Source: Sphingobacteriaceae bacterium
GTDB lineage: Bacteria > Bacteroidota > Bacteroidia > Sphingobacteriales > Sphingobacteriaceae
Reading direction: 5' to 3'
DNA length: 64,000 nucleotides
NCBI GenBank assembly: GCA_035575925.1
Contig: DATLXK010000070.1
Coordinates: forward strand, 1,406-65,405
Numbering within the stretch: position 1 is the first letter of the stretch; each line of letters opens with the position of its first letter. The translations under genes and the position numbers were made by a program. Positions 49,771 through 58,785 of this stretch are shown here, one piece after another. The notes beneath the pieces are model-generated. The model was not told the DNA's origin. It made no database searches and saw only the letters and a program-made list of their open reading frames with translations.

Positions 49771-50158
49771 CGGCCAGGCCAAAGAAGCAGCAGAGTTCTA
49801 TTGCTCCGTTTTTAAAAACTCGAAGATCCTTATGGTTACCCCGATGGTGGTGACTTTCGAACTAAACGGTGGAAAATTCATGGGCTTAAACGGCGGACCA
49901 ATGTTTAAATTTAACGAAGCCGTTTCTTTTATAGTAAATTGTGATACACAGGAAGAAATTGACTATTACTGGGGCAAGCTTACTGAAGGTGGGCAGGAAA
50001 GTATGTGCGGCTGGCTTAAGGATCAGTATGGAGTGTCATGGCAAATTGTACCTGCTATTTTAGGTGAGCTGATGAGTAATCCTGAAAGGGCTCCACGCGT
50101 GATGGAAGCCTTTATGCAAATGAAAAAATTTGATATTGAAAAGTTAAAGCAAGCCTAA
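49736..50158 (+). CDS. VOC / PhnB-like (3-demethylubiquinone-9 3-methyltransferase domain) protein
   Basis: The N-terminus MTNPIHPCLWFDGQAKEAAEFY is typical of PF06983 proteins. Confidence 0.7.
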   Translation: MTNPIHPCLWFDGQAKEAAEFYCSVFKNSKILMVTPMVVTFELNGGKFMGLNGGPMFKFNEAVSFIVNCDTQEEIDYYWGKLTEGGQESMCGWLKDQYGVSWQIVPAILGELMSNPERAPRVMEAFMQMKKFDIEKLKQA

Positions 50159-50330
50159 ACTCTCTGGCGATAAGAAAACGATAGGCCATTCACTTCAAAG
50201 TTGATCGAGATAAGGTTCCAAATCTTCAAAAGCAGGTTAATTGCCAGTAGTGCTGACTTCTAATTTATATGCGCCTGAAACTTACGTTTCCGCTGGAGTT
50301 AAATATACACGGATAGGAAACAATACGGAA

Positions 50331-51545
50331 TTAAGGATAAAGCAGATAATTTTTCCGCATAAGTTTATACTTACTTAAACCAGGTTCCCAACTTGCGCGA
50401 ATTTCCGCTTCAGATTTACCATCTATGATCTGCTGCCGGAAAAGGCCCGAGCCGATCTGTACCTCGATATTATTCATCTGGTTGCTCAGCTTGGAGTTAA
50501 AGAATTTTTCTTTATGAGGATGTGCCTTATACAATTCCATTATCCATTCAAGGTTAACCTGCTTCTTCTTTCTCAATTTCTCAACATCATATTTGCGCAG
50601 GTCAAGACCATAGCAAACCTGATTCATGAAAATCGGTGTTTCTGCCATACCTTTTATACCGGTTGGTGTATAACTGAATTTATATTTCCCTTTTAATTCC
50701 GGGCTACCAATTACAGTAAACGGAAAATAAGTGCCACGGCCGTGATTAAGGTAAGTTGCTTCAAACATACATGTAGATGGATATAGCATAATTGCTTGCT
50801 GGGTATTTAAATTAGGTGAAGGGCTAACAGGCAGTATGTAAGGCATATCATGGTTGTAATTAGCCACTTTAACGATCCTGAGTTTACATTTTACCTTATC
50901 TGTCAGCCAGCCTTCGCCGTTGGCCATTTGTGCAAATTCAGCTACTGTTAGTCCATGCGACATGGGCATAGGGAACATGCCGATACCTGATTTATACTTC
51001 ATATCGAGTATGGCGCCATCAACAAGATAGGCATTAGGGTTTGGGCGGTCAAGAATGAGGATTTCCTTGCCACTTTCATAACAAGCCTCCATCAAGCGGC
51101 TCAATGCATTAATATTGGTATAAAAGCGTACACCAACATCCTGCAAATCATAAATCAATACATCAACATCAGCAAGATCTTTTTTTGTAGGTTTGTTTTT
51201 AGCACCATACAGGGAAACAATAGGAATACCTGTTTTAGCATCAATTTCATCATTTACCTCCATACCGGCACTGGCATTGCCGCGGAAACCATGTTCCGGC
51301 CCAAAAACTTTTACTACATTAATCCCTAATCTTTGCAGACTATCCACCAAATGCGTTTTACCGATTATAGTAGTAAGATTAGCCATAATAGCAACCCTTT
51401 TCCCTTTCAGAAAAGGCACATACTGCTCTGTTTGTTCAGCCCCGGTTTTTATCTTGGCCTGGCTGGTAACATCAGACGTAGTTGACATGTTTCGGCTTGA
51501 ACAGCTAAGGCTAATTACAGCAAGAAGGGCAATGAGAAATTTCAT
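50331..51545 (-). CDS. DUF1343 family protein (NamZ-like exo-beta-N-acetylmuramidase), lipoprotein
   Basis: Signal peptide plus Cys lipobox (LSCSS). DUF1343-like core (VFGPEHGFRG, DVLIYDLQDVGVRFYT). Confidence 0.65.
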   Translation of the reverse strand: MKFLIALLAVISLSCSSRNMSTTSDVTSQAKIKTGAEQTEQYVPFLKGKRVAIMANLTTIIGKTHLVDSLQRLGINVVKVFGPEHGFRGNASAGMEVNDEIDAKTGIPIVSLYGAKNKPTKKDLADVDVLIYDLQDVGVRFYTNINALSRLMEACYESGKEILILDRPNPNAYLVDGAILDMKYKSGIGMFPMPMSHGLTVAEFAQMANGEGWLTDKVKCKLRIVKVANYNHDMPYILPVSPSPNLNTQQAIMLYPSTCMFEATYLNHGRGTYFPFTVIGSPELKGKYKFSYTPTGIKGMAETPIFMNQVCYGLDLRKYDVEKLRKKKQVNLEWIMELYKAHPHKEKFFNSKLSNQMNNIEVQIGSGLFRQQIIDGKSEAEIRASWEPGLSKYKLMRKNYLLYP

Positions 51546-51716
51546 AATAATATTATTGGAGAGTGTGAATTGGTAAGGTAGATATAATCACAAATTTTGC
51601 CAAAGATAAGAAAATACAATTTTATTCATGAGGTAATTCATTCAAACTAAATTATTAGTTATTTTTGTTGGGATATAATACAATCTCTTGTAGAATTTAC
51701 TAGCCAGAAATAAATT

Positions 51717-52940
51717 ATGGTGGTGACCCTTCATTTAAGAAAACGCATTTTAAGCTTCATTATTCTGATGTGGGCCTTTAATTCTTTTGGTCAAACCACT
51801 TCGGTATCAGGTCGCATTACAGATGCAAATAGCGGAGAGGAAATTTCTTTTGCCAGTGTATTTCTTGGTAACTCATCAACAGGGTCACAAAGTAATAGCG
51901 CCGGATATTATAATTTAAAGAATATAAAGCCCGGAAAATATGATCTGATTGTAAAATTTATTGGGTACCAAACGTTTACCCAGGATATATCCTGTGATGT
52001 AAAAGACCAGGAAATAAACATTCGGTTAATCCGCGACTCATTAAAGCTGGCAGAAATAGTAATCAGGCCCGACCCTGACCAGGCCAGGAACTATGCCATA
52101 TTCAAAAGAGAATTTATTGGAACTTCTGCAATTGCGCTAAGCAGCAAAATACTCAATCCGGATGTAGTAAGGGTGAGTTATGAGCCCGGTCGACTGCTTG
52201 AGGCTTCATCTGATGATTTTTTAATCATAGAAAATAAGCATTTAGGATACCGCATTAAATACCTGCTCAATGAGTTTACACGCACCTTTATTCCGGGAGA
52301 ATTTAATGCCGGAATGTTATATTTTGAAGGTGTCGCCTATTTTGAGAAAATGAAAGGTACCAAAAGCAAGGTAAAACAGTGGAAGAAGAACAGGCTGGAC
52401 ACCTATCGGGGTTCGAGCATGCATTTCTATCGTTCATTGGTACGCAACAATTACCGGCAAGAAGGCTTTTCAATATACCGTTTAATTAAAAAAGATAATC
52501 AAGACAGGCCTGCAGACAGCATAATAAATAGTAAAATAAACAGATTCAGGCAAGATCTAACCCTGGCTGGAAAGGATTCTACTGCTTTCTGGCACGCTAA
52601 AAAGCGACTGCCCAAACAGTTTGACTACCTGTTAAAAGATACACTTCCGGTGAAAGAAATTATGCTCAAAACTGACCAGAACGACATATTCGCCCTGCAC
52701 TTTCAGGATAACTTATACATCACATATAAGGGAAAACTCGTAGAAAACCACAATTCGGATGTTTACAGGCCATTGGATATGGGAGATGTGGCAGTAACAA
52801 TCCTTACACTAAAAGAAAAATATGCTCTTTTTGACACTAATGGAATCATTGTTAATCCGAAAAGTATTGCCGTTGAGGGATTTTGGTATAGTAAGATTTC
52901 CTCTATGCTTCCACATGACTATGATCCGGAAGAAAACTGA
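51717..52940 (+). CDS. Secreted CarboxypepD_reg-domain protein
   Basis: After the signal peptide, VSGRITDANSGEEISFASVFL...YYNLKNIKPGKYDLIVKFIGY is a typical carboxypeptidase-regulatory-like domain. Confidence 0.6.
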   Translation: MVVTLHLRKRILSFIILMWAFNSFGQTTSVSGRITDANSGEEISFASVFLGNSSTGSQSNSAGYYNLKNIKPGKYDLIVKFIGYQTFTQDISCDVKDQEINIRLIRDSLKLAEIVIRPDPDQARNYAIFKREFIGTSAIALSSKILNPDVVRVSYEPGRLLEASSDDFLIIENKHLGYRIKYLLNEFTRTFIPGEFNAGMLYFEGVAYFEKMKGTKSKVKQWKKNRLDTYRGSSMHFYRSLVRNNYRQEGFSIYRLIKKDNQDRPADSIINSKINRFRQDLTLAGKDSTAFWHAKKRLPKQFDYLLKDTLPVKEIMLKTDQNDIFALHFQDNLYITYKGKLVENHNSDVYRPLDMGDVAVTILTLKEKYALFDTNGIIVNPKSIAVEGFWYSKISSMLPHDYDPEEN

Positions 52941-53025
52941 TATGCAGTAATCAAATGAGTTATTAATACTACCACATTCTGTCAGGCCTGTATGGTATTT
53001 GCTAGCCATTGCCCGTTTGCATTTT

Positions 53026-53184
53026 TTAATAGTTGAAATGAGAGTGATTGCGTGGTAATCTGTCTGATATTTTTATAGGTTGTTCATCGTTCATATGGTA
53101 ATGTCCGCAAAACAGGTAATGGATTTTGAATTTTTTATCAAAGGCGGCTTCAACTAATCCCTGTTCTTTAAAGGGTACAACTTG
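53026..53184 (-). pseudogene. C-terminal relic of a metallophosphoesterase paralogue
   Basis: Translates as ...KIHYLFCGHYHMNDEQPIK (GHxH motif) with no start codon and an in-frame TGA at 53185-53187. It lies directly downstream of the intact paralogue. Confidence 0.35.
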
Positions 53185-53228
53185 TCAACCGGTGTGTCAA
53201 TTTCAATAACCGTAGCACACACATTTTA

Positions 53229-54041
53229 TTATACTATTTTATCTTTTTTAAGTTTGGCCGTGGGATCAAACAGGCAGGTTTGAATTGTATTATCTGTATA
53301 AATTTCAACCATTCGAAATCCCCGATAAGGGACGCCCCACGAGCCTCCGAAGTGTCCGTCAAATAAATAAGAAATATTGTTTTTGACCTTTATATCATCC
53401 TGTTGGTGATCATGCCCGTTAAATACAGCCCGGATATTTGGGTAATGGGTAAACAGTTCGATTAGTTGCGGCCAATCAATTCCATGAGCCGTCCATTTTA
53501 TCGGTGTAATGTGAATGAAAATAAATATATTGTTGTATCCCTTATATTTATTCAGCTCGGCTTCCATCCATTTTACATCAGGGCATACATATTCCCCCTT
53601 TAAATTCGATGTATTCGCAAATACAAATGCATCAGAACCTTTTTTAAAGGAATAGTTCAATGAGGTGTTAAAGGTTTTGTTCCAGTAATCATCTTCAACA
53701 GTATCGTGATTGCCTTTGGTTACATAGTACGGAATATCCAGCTTTTCCAACCACTGTTTAGCCGGAAGAAGGAACTCTTTTTTGTCATGAATAATATCTC
53801 CGTTAATTGCAATAAATTTAGCTTTATCAGTTTTATTCCAGCTGTTTACGCTCTCAACCAGGGTTTTAAAATATTCATCCGACGGAATATCAGGTTGCCC
53901 GTAATGACCATCTGAAGCCACAAAGAACCGAAGTTTTAATTTACTTTTGGGAACCAGTAATTCAGTTGCTTTTACAACTTTTCCATCTGCCAGCAAAATA
54001 GAGATACAACTTATGCCTGTAATAAATTTTCTGCGATCCAT
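53229..54041 (-). CDS. Metallophosphoesterase with a Tat-like signal
   Basis: MDRRKFITG signal and motifs SDGHYG, GDIIHD, GNHD and GHDHQ. Confidence 0.8.
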   Translation of the reverse strand: MDRRKFITGISCISILLADGKVVKATELLVPKSKLKLRFFVASDGHYGQPDIPSDEYFKTLVESVNSWNKTDKAKFIAINGDIIHDKKEFLLPAKQWLEKLDIPYYVTKGNHDTVEDDYWNKTFNTSLNYSFKKGSDAFVFANTSNLKGEYVCPDVKWMEAELNKYKGYNNIFIFIHITPIKWTAHGIDWPQLIELFTHYPNIRAVFNGHDHQQDDIKVKNNISYLFDGHFGGSWGVPYRGFRMVEIYTDNTIQTCLFDPTAKLKKDKIV

Positions 54042-54131
54042 ATTTACATGTTACATTCTCTAATTTCTGCGCCACTATTTTTACGCAACCAGATTTAATT
54101 ATTTACCAATCTGCCCGAAAAACCAAAAGGA

Positions 54132-55160
54132 TTAAATTACTTTATACCTGATCGTTTTGTCATCCTCCCAAACACAAATGGCTTTTCCCTTAGGCAGCAA
54201 GTATACTTTTGGAGACATCCCCTTTCCTAATTCAACGGTCTTGTTTTTTTCTGGATTAAACACTTTAATATTGTTCTTCTCGTGCCAGGCTATCAGCGTA
54301 GTGCTTTTATTAGCCGCCAGGCTTACATCACGACCGGTACCTACCTTTTGCTCCCGGTTTGCCGTGCTGTAAAATATATCGCTATTACGTCTCCATGCCG
54401 CGGTTATAATACCATCTTCGGTTACGGCTAAACCGCCTCCGTCCATAGGGCATGCATTGAGCTTCCAGGTTCCTGTCCCGGATTTTTCGGCAGCGCTAAA
54501 GGTTTTGCCTTTATTTGTGGATACGATGTAATAAATATCCCTGGAACCCATCAGCCAGTTACGAAAGCCAATAACCAGCTTATCATCATTAAATGTAATA
54601 TTCGGTTTACAGCACTCACATACATGCTCATCCGGCGATTTATAAACCATGCGATTCTTCGACCAGTCTGATTCTTTCCCTTCCATGGATGAAAAATAGA
54701 TATTGTTCTTATTATCAGACCGGATATCCAGCCAGGTGGCATAGAAGCGGTCATCTTTATCGGCCGTAAGCGCCATCAGTCCTTCTTCGGCAGAGTCGTT
54801 TTTATCGTTTACCCGGTCAGCTTTCGTCCAGATATTGTTTTGATGGTTAAGCTTAAAGGCATGTATATCACCTTTTTTATCAATAGCGGTAATCATGCTG
54901 TAATTTTTAGAAGAAGCAATCTGCGGACCCCGGCTATGGCCTAAATGCATACCCTTTAATTCACCAACCAGCATGGCGGATGAAAAGGTTTTTCCGTTAT
55001 TAGCTGAAGTGATGCAATAGATCTTTTCCTTATCGCCGTATACCAGCCTGATGATACCTTTTGTATCAACACCTATATTGGGCTGCTGTCCGCGGATATC
55101 TGAAGCATAGCTTAACTTAAAGGGGATTATAAAAAGAAAGACCAGTATGAATTTGAACAT
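54132..55160 (-). CDS. Secreted BNR/sialidase-like beta-propeller protein with a conserved-looking Cys cluster
   Basis: Signal peptide. BNR-like repeats SANNGKTFS and STNKGKTFS. Cysteine motifs HVCECCKP and NACPMDGG. Confidence 0.55.
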   Translation of the reverse strand: MFKFILVFLFIIPFKLSYASDIRGQQPNIGVDTKGIIRLVYGDKEKIYCITSANNGKTFSSAMLVGELKGMHLGHSRGPQIASSKNYSMITAIDKKGDIHAFKLNHQNNIWTKADRVNDKNDSAEEGLMALTADKDDRFYATWLDIRSDNKNNIYFSSMEGKESDWSKNRMVYKSPDEHVCECCKPNITFNDDKLVIGFRNWLMGSRDIYYIVSTNKGKTFSAAEKSGTGTWKLNACPMDGGGLAVTEDGIITAAWRRNSDIFYSTANREQKVGTGRDVSLAANKSTTLIAWHEKNNIKVFNPEKNKTVELGKGMSPKVYLLPKGKAICVWEDDKTIRYKVI

Positions 55161-55247
55161 TGGGATTTGAATTAGTTAACTCCATAAAGATAACTTCCAA
55201 ATGCCAATTAAAATCATATTAAGCAGAATTATCATATCCGCTAAACA

Positions 55248-55271
55248 GAAAAAGCCCTCCGAAAAGAAGGC
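55248..55271 (-). terminator. Terminator after the copZ-like gene
   Basis: On the minus strand gccttc pairs with gagggc (one G-U pair), followed by T5-6. Confidence 0.45.
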
Positions 55272-55295
55272 ATTTCCCGCTCAACCAACTTGAAA

Positions 55296-55502
55296 CTAAA
55301 CTTTTTCAGCCTCAAAGCCGGCTTCATTTACTGCTGCCTGTATTTCACTTTCCAGCCGGTCGCTTTCTACCGTAAGCGTCTTTTGAGGATCATCTAAATT
55401 CACCCGCCAGTTGTTTTCGCCAACGGTTTCATTTAGTTGCGGTGTTACTTTAGCCAGGCACCCTGTGCATTTGATATTGGTCTTAAATTTAATGGTGTTC
55501 AT
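55296..55502 (-). CDS. Heavy-metal-associated (CopZ-like) metallochaperone
   Basis: 68 aa with a ferredoxin-like HMA pattern and a CTGC CxxC motif, directly downstream of copA. Confidence 0.7.
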   Translation of the reverse strand: MNTIKFKTNIKCTGCLAKVTPQLNETVGENNWRVNLDDPQKTLTVESDRLESEIQAAVNEAGFEAEKV

Positions 55503-55561
55503 GATTTGGAGTTTTAAGTAGTGAGTATTAAATATTGAGTAGCAAGTATTAAGTAGTTACA

Positions 55562-57853
55562 TTAATTATTAAAATTCATTGCTTTCAGCCGCAGGCTATT
55601 GGTTACTACCGATACGGAGCTCAACGCCATAGCCGCCCCGGCAATCATAGGATCTAGCAGAAAGCCGTTAAAAGGATAAAGTACACCTGCGGCCAGTGGA
55701 ATACCGATCAGGTTATAAATAAAGGCCCAGAATAAGTTCTGACGAATGGTTTGAACGGTTTTTGCAGAGAGCTTTAAAGCCTTTGGTATAGCGTTCAGAT
55801 CGGAAGTTATGAGCGTCATCTTTGCTACATCCATCGCAATATCTGAACCTTTGCCCATCGCTATGCTTACATCGGCCTGGGCTAATGCGTGGGAATCATT
55901 AATGCCATCGCCAACCATGGCCACAACCTTACCCTGCGATTGTAGTTCTTTCACAAAATCTGCCTTATCGGCCGGTAATACCTCCGCCCGGAAATTATCA
56001 ATCCCCACTGCTGCAGCCACTGCCGTTGCAGTTTGCAGGTTATCTCCGGTAAGCATATACACCGCTATGTTCATATCCTGCAACGCCGTAACCGCTTGTT
56101 TTGAAGAAGCTTTAACCTTATCGGCAATCGCCACCACGGCCAGTACTTTTTTATCATCGGCAAAATAAATAACGGTATTGGCCTGTTGCTGTAATGTATC
56201 GGCCTCAGAAGCCAGCGCGCTGTCTGTATGGATGGAGTTTTCTGTAATTAATTTTTTGTTGCCCGCAAAATAGGTGCTGTTATTATAATTTCCTTTTACT
56301 CCCCTCGCGGTAAGGCTTTCAAAAGCGGTTAATTCAACCCCCGCTATATCGTTTTCCTTAAGGCTGTTCACTACCGCTTCAGCCAGCGGATGCTCTGATT
56401 GCGCTTCCAGGCTGTACAGTATCTGCCTGTACTCCATTTTATCTTCTGCTTCAGAGGCCCACAGCATGGCAGTCACTACGGGCTTCCCTTCGGTTATAGT
56501 ACCTGTTTTATCCAGGATAAGCGCATTCACCTTATGACCCAGTTCAAGGCTTTCGGCATCTTTAATCAGGATGTTGTTTTCAGCGCCCTTCCCTACCCCA
56601 ACCATAATAGCGGTGGGGGTTGCCAGGCCTAATGCACACGGACAAGCAATTATCAGTACCGTTACCGATGTTAATAGCGCATGTGCAAAAGCATCCTCTC
56701 CGCCAACCAATAGCCAGGTTAAAAAAGTAAGCACAGCTATACCAATAACCACCGGGACAAAAATGCCTGCTATTTTATCTACCAGCTTTTGTACCGGAGC
56801 CTTGCTTCCCTGCGCCTGCTGCACCATTTTAATAATATGGGCAAGCAGCGTATCACTTCCTACTTTTTCGGCAACAAACCGGAAACTGCCTTTTTGGTTA
56901 ATGGTACCTGCAAATACGTTATCATCCTGTTGTTTTTGCACCGGAACAGGCTCGCCGGTTATCATGCTCTCATCCACATATGATGACCCTGAAATAACAA
57001 CACCATCCACCGGTACTTTTTCTCCCGGTCTTAAAATAATTACATCTCCCTGCGCTACCGAAGCGATCGGAATTTCCTGTTCAGTGCCGTTAATTAAAAT
57101 TCTGACCGTTTTTGGTGATAAGCCCATCAGCTTTTTAATGGCTGATGAAGTATTTGATTTTGCCCGTTCCTCAAGCAGCTTTCCTAAAGAAATAAAGGCA
57201 ATAATAACCGAGGCGGCCTCATAATAAACATGCGGATGTATGCCCCTCTGGTGCCAGAACTGCGGATAGATAGTATTAAATGCACTAAACAAAAAAGCGA
57301 TACCTGTACTCAGCGCTACCAGGGTGTCCATATTGGCTTTACCGTGCCTGGCCTGTTTCCACGCATTGATAAAAAAACTTCGCCCGAACCAGAATAATAC
57401 GGGCGCTGTAAGGATCATAGAGACCCAGGCCCCGTATGGGGGGCCTCCCCGTCCGTCAGCCGGGTCCATAAAGAACATCCCGATAATAAAAACAGGGAGT
57501 GAAAGAATGGAAGCCCAAATGGTGCGATGTTTAATTGCCTTGTACTGTTTCAGCTGCATTTCTTCGTGCACCGCAACCGGATCTTCGGCATCAATAATAA
57601 TATCGTACCCAATGGAGCGGATTGTTTTTTGCAGTGCAAGAGGGCTTGTTTGCTGTTCATCATACTCGGCCCAGGCGGTCTGGTTTGCAAAGTTTACACC
57701 GGCATCCACTACCCCTGCAGCTGATTTGAGCATGGATTCTACACTCACTGCACAGCCGGCGCAGGTCATCCCGGTAACCGGGAATATTCCCCTGGTAATA
57801 GTTGCGCCCTTGTTCGGTTCTTGTACTAAAGTGGCTGTTGACATAACGTTCAA
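55562..57853 (-). CDS. copA: Copper-translocating P1B-type ATPase
   Basis: N-terminal HMA GMTCAGC, TM CPC motif, DKTGTIT phosphorylation site, GDGINDS. Confidence 0.93.
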   Translation of the reverse strand: MNVMSTATLVQEPNKGATITRGIFPVTGMTCAGCAVSVESMLKSAAGVVDAGVNFANQTAWAEYDEQQTSPLALQKTIRSIGYDIIIDAEDPVAVHEEMQLKQYKAIKHRTIWASILSLPVFIIGMFFMDPADGRGGPPYGAWVSMILTAPVLFWFGRSFFINAWKQARHGKANMDTLVALSTGIAFLFSAFNTIYPQFWHQRGIHPHVYYEAASVIIAFISLGKLLEERAKSNTSSAIKKLMGLSPKTVRILINGTEQEIPIASVAQGDVIILRPGEKVPVDGVVISGSSYVDESMITGEPVPVQKQQDDNVFAGTINQKGSFRFVAEKVGSDTLLAHIIKMVQQAQGSKAPVQKLVDKIAGIFVPVVIGIAVLTFLTWLLVGGEDAFAHALLTSVTVLIIACPCALGLATPTAIMVGVGKGAENNILIKDAESLELGHKVNALILDKTGTITEGKPVVTAMLWASEAEDKMEYRQILYSLEAQSEHPLAEAVVNSLKENDIAGVELTAFESLTARGVKGNYNNSTYFAGNKKLITENSIHTDSALASEADTLQQQANTVIYFADDKKVLAVVAIADKVKASSKQAVTALQDMNIAVYMLTGDNLQTATAVAAAVGIDNFRAEVLPADKADFVKELQSQGKVVAMVGDGINDSHALAQADVSIAMGKGSDIAMDVAKMTLITSDLNAIPKALKLSAKTVQTIRQNLFWAFIYNLIGIPLAAGVLYPFNGFLLDPMIAGAAMALSSVSVVTNSLRLKAMNFNN

Positions 57854-58034
57854 TTTATACTACAAAATTAATCCGTGCAGGTCGTCAGTCTTTATACAAT
57901 TCAGTGAAAGAGTTACATTATTTAGTGCGTTGTTAGCTCTTCGGGAGCCTCAGGGTGACATGATAGTCAAGCGTGCCGGGGTGTCATGGGGAGGTGTTGG
58001 AACCAGTACGTGGCCACATTCAAGAGCCTCTGCG

Positions 58035-58601
58035 TTAACTAATGGAATCAATCGACTTTCTTGCAGTTCGTGTTTTTTTGAACTGCGAAGGGGTTTGACC
58101 GGTTATTTTTTTGAACTGCGCAGATAAATGCGCAATGCTGCTGTAGCCTAGCTGGTTAGCTATTCCGCCCAGGCTAAGCTCATCATAAAATAAAAGCTCC
58201 TTAACCCGTTCTATTTTTTGCCGGATGATATATTGCTCAATGGTTATCCCTTCAACTGCAGAGAATAATGTGCTCAAGTAATTATACTCATGAAATACAT
58301 GATCCGAGATCAGGGTAGACCAGTTTACCTTTTCATCCAGACTGTCTGACCGGTGAACTTTTTCAATGATCATATTTTTTATCTGGTCAATCAGCCTGGT
58401 TTTGCTGTTATCAAGCAATTCAAAACCAAACTCCTTTAATTTGTCAGCAAGCTCAATACGTTTTACATCGTCCAGTTTTTCCTCCCCCAGCTTTACCACA
58501 CCCATTTCTACATGCAATGGATGCAACCCGAGCTTAACCAGCTCATTCTGAACTACCATAATGCAACGGTTGCATACCATATTCTTAATGTAGAGTTCCA
58601 T
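58035..58601 (-). CDS. AraC-family transcriptional regulator with an N-terminal HMA-like CxxC domain
   Basis: The N-terminus MELYIKNMVCNRCIMVVQNEL is HMA-like with a CxxC motif. The C-terminus has the AraC HTH (IANQLGYSSIAHLSAQFKKITGQTPSQF). Confidence 0.8.
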   Translation of the reverse strand: MELYIKNMVCNRCIMVVQNELVKLGLHPLHVEMGVVKLGEEKLDDVKRIELADKLKEFGFELLDNSKTRLIDQIKNMIIEKVHRSDSLDEKVNWSTLISDHVFHEYNYLSTLFSAVEGITIEQYIIRQKIERVKELLFYDELSLGGIANQLGYSSIAHLSAQFKKITGQTPSQFKKTRTARKSIDSIS

Positions 58602-58785
58602 ATAGTGTTATAATATGAGGTATTTAACGATGAAATATGGTGCAGCGCTTAATAACTCATAACATGCCCGAATAATGTTCTGGCGGTTACATTTATATTT
58701 TAGCCTTCGAGGGCCTCATGCTGACAATCCTGACAATAAATTATTTAATTTCAATCGTAAACACGTGATTATTAAACTTAGTACA

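Noticed and set aside
57324-58127. 267-aa plus-strand ORF (with other long antisense ORFs such as 56571-57224, 55809-56168, 47932-48408, 40250-40651, 42110-42508 and 31901-32353)
   Set aside because: These lie entirely antisense to strongly supported genes (copA, hipA, hsdM, hsdR, pgk). They have low-complexity, Ser/Cys-rich compositions and no recognisable motifs, so they are shadow ORFs.
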